A stretch of 63,858 bases of DNA, the filler included, from Lama guanicoe (taxonomy: Eukaryota): NCBI GenBank assembly GCA_013239625.1. It is 205 parts of 205 records of this genome, joined end to end, with 100 filler letters (N's around TTAATTAATTAA, not from the genome) between each part and the next. Parts side by side here need not be neighbours in the genome. Positions count along the whole stretch, not along the records: positions 62,399 to 62,610 come from PNXV01036843.1; positions 62,711 to 62,922 come from PNXV01036844.1; positions 63,023 to 63,234 come from PNXV01036845.1; positions 63,335 to 63,546 come from PNXV01036846.1; positions 63,647 to 63,858 come from PNXV01036847.1; 200 more parts are not named here. One strand, 5' to 3'. Each line of letters begins with the position of its first letter. The stretch's first letter is position 1. Shown one piece after another: positions 62,426 through 63,858 of the stretch. Made by a program: the position numbers and the translations under genes. Below the pieces are notes generated by a model that did not search any database, was not told the origin of the DNA, and saw only the letters and a program-made list of their open reading frames with translations.

Positions 62426-62610
62426 GGCAGACCCAGAGGGACATCACACATGTATTGGGTCTCTGTCACAGTGAGGAACCCTTAGTCTTATTAAGGCGGC
62501 TGCTAACCAACCTGTCCAGTCTCTGCCCCTGAGAGAGACATTTTCTTTATCATACTGGTGAGGAACAAACCTGCCCTCTACCATGGAGAGAGACTTTACC
62601 TCTGTCTTCT
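62426..62610. mobile_element. ERV1-type LTR fragment (MER34-like) after a poly(A) run
   Basis: aacctgtcc..tctgcccctgagagagaca..tctttatcatactgg..aaacctgccctct..ggagagagact..ctctgtctt; family recalled from memory. Confidence 0.5.
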
Positions 62611-62799
62611 NNNNNNNNNNNNNNNNNNNNNNNNNNNNNNNNNNNNNNNNNNNNTTAATTAATTAANNNNNNNNNNNNNNNNNNNNNNNNNNNNNNNNNN
62701 NNNNNNNNNNAGACCATCCAAGTATCCTCCAAATTGCTTAGTGCAGCATATAATAATTTCGTGTTACCCAACTCTGCGCTTGCCCCTGCTTATTTATTA

Positions 62800-62922
62800 C
62801 ACTAGACTTTTGAGAATAATTTTTGCTTTACAGAAAAATTAAGAAAATAGTACAGAGAGTCCCCACATACCCTGCATCCAGTTTTTTCCCTTATTATTAA
62901 CATCTAATATTAGCATAGCCCA
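62800..62922 (-). mobile_element. L1MC/MD 3' terminus
   Basis: tttacagaaaaattaagaaaatagtacagagagtccccacataccct..cagtttt..tattattaacatct. Confidence 0.8.
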
Positions 62923-63646
62923 NNNNNNNNNNNNNNNNNNNNNNNNNNNNNNNNNNNNNNNNNNNNTTAATTAATTAANNNNNNNNNNNNNNNNNNNNNN
63001 NNNNNNNNNNNNNNNNNNNNNNGAAATGTTCTCAAATTTACTTCAACCTTAAAATGGGATCTGAAATCTGGCATTAAACATTTAAAAATAGTCTAAAAGT
63101 ATTCTTTTTTGGATTATCTGCACTGGACACCACTGATATTTAATTTCTATGTAAATATCTGTAAATCTCACATGACATAAAACTGCTGAAACAACTATTA
63201 TATAATAGTATTATAAAATAAGGTTTTACAATTTNNNNNNNNNNNNNNNNNNNNNNNNNNNNNNNNNNNNNNNNNNNNTTAATTAATTAANNNNNNNNNN
63301 NNNNNNNNNNNNNNNNNNNNNNNNNNNNNNNNNNAAGTGTGCTTTGAACTTTGCAAGCAGAGGAAGGAGATTTGGGGGAAACATGCATTTGCTCTGCCCA
63401 GTGGGTTTCAAGCATGTGTGCACTGCGTGGTTAAGGGTGCAGGACTGTGTTCATGTCTGGGATTAGGCTGCAAAGCCCTGGTCCAGGTTAAGAGTTCAGG
63501 CAATGGTCAGGAAAGCGTTTTCATCCGTGTGAGCTAATCGGGAAACNNNNNNNNNNNNNNNNNNNNNNNNNNNNNNNNNNNNNNNNNNNNTTAATTAATT
63601 AANNNNNNNNNNNNNNNNNNNNNNNNNNNNNNNNNNNNNNNNNNNN

Positions 63647-63858
63647 TCTAAAAAAGACAACAAACTAGTGAGTGTAACAGAAAAGAAGCAGACTCACAGA
63701 TATGGAGAATAAACAAGTGGTTACCAGCGGGGAGAGGGGGGGAGGTGTAAACTATTGGGTATAAATAAGCTCAAGAATGAATTGTACAACACAGGGAATG
63801 TAGCCAATGTTTCATTATTACTGTAAATGGAAAGTAACCTTTAAAAATTGTAAAAAAA
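63647..63858 (+). mobile_element. LINE-1 3' UTR/terminus (cetartiodactyl-type)
   Basis: aacaaactagtgagtgtaac..aagaagcagactcacagatatggagaa..gtggttaccagcggggag..tgtacaacacagggaatgtagccaat..aaatggaaagtaacctttaaaaattgt. Confidence 0.9.

Larger units (their letters stand above)
213..63646. other. 204 artificial 100-nt contig spacers N44-TTAATTAATTAA-N44 (first at 213..312, linker 257..268), period 312 bp
   Basis: Every gap has the same layout. The 12-mer is self-complementary with TAA at positions 2, 6 and 10, so it stops all six frames. Arithmetic: 205x312-100-2=63858, the window length. Confidence 0.99.

Noticed and set aside
1015..63537. ORF-track proteins ending in poly-X, N or LIN
   Set aside because: They read into N runs and terminate in the linker (TTA ATT AAT TAA = LIN*). 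Many start at GTG/TTG. Apart from the retroelement frames noted, none resembles a known protein.
213..63646. CRISPR-like or retron/telomere-like array: constant repeat with unique equal-length spacers
   Set aside because: The repeat is a 12-nt six-frame-stop linker embedded in exactly 44+44 Ns. The spacers are mammalian genomic fragments and there are no cas genes.

Overview
This window is not a contiguous locus. It is an artificial concatenation of 205 tiny unplaced assembly contigs: 203 are 212 bp and two are 211 bp. They are joined by 204 identical 100-nt spacers (N44-TTAATTAATTAA-N44), whose 12-mer core puts a TAA stop in all six frames. The apparent 312-bp CRISPR-like array, and nearly every ORF ending in XXXX, N or LIN, is a product of that construction. 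The contig content is mammalian genomic DNA (L1, L2, MIR, MaLR/ERV LTRs, hAT MITEs, microsatellites, CpG-island fragments). A tRNA-derived SINE and the L1 3' ends look camelid-type, which I judged from memory of the consensus sequences. Five contig pairs are de Bruijn bubble arms with exactly 49 identical flanking bases on each side. One further pair is an inverted, more diverged paralogue pair. The best biological signals are an uninterrupted ERV pol (RNase H to integrase) frame, an L1 twin-priming-type inversion junction, a composite satellite-like repeat and several unidentified candidate exons. Adjacent contigs are not genomic neighbours, so no multi-component novel system can be supported from this window.
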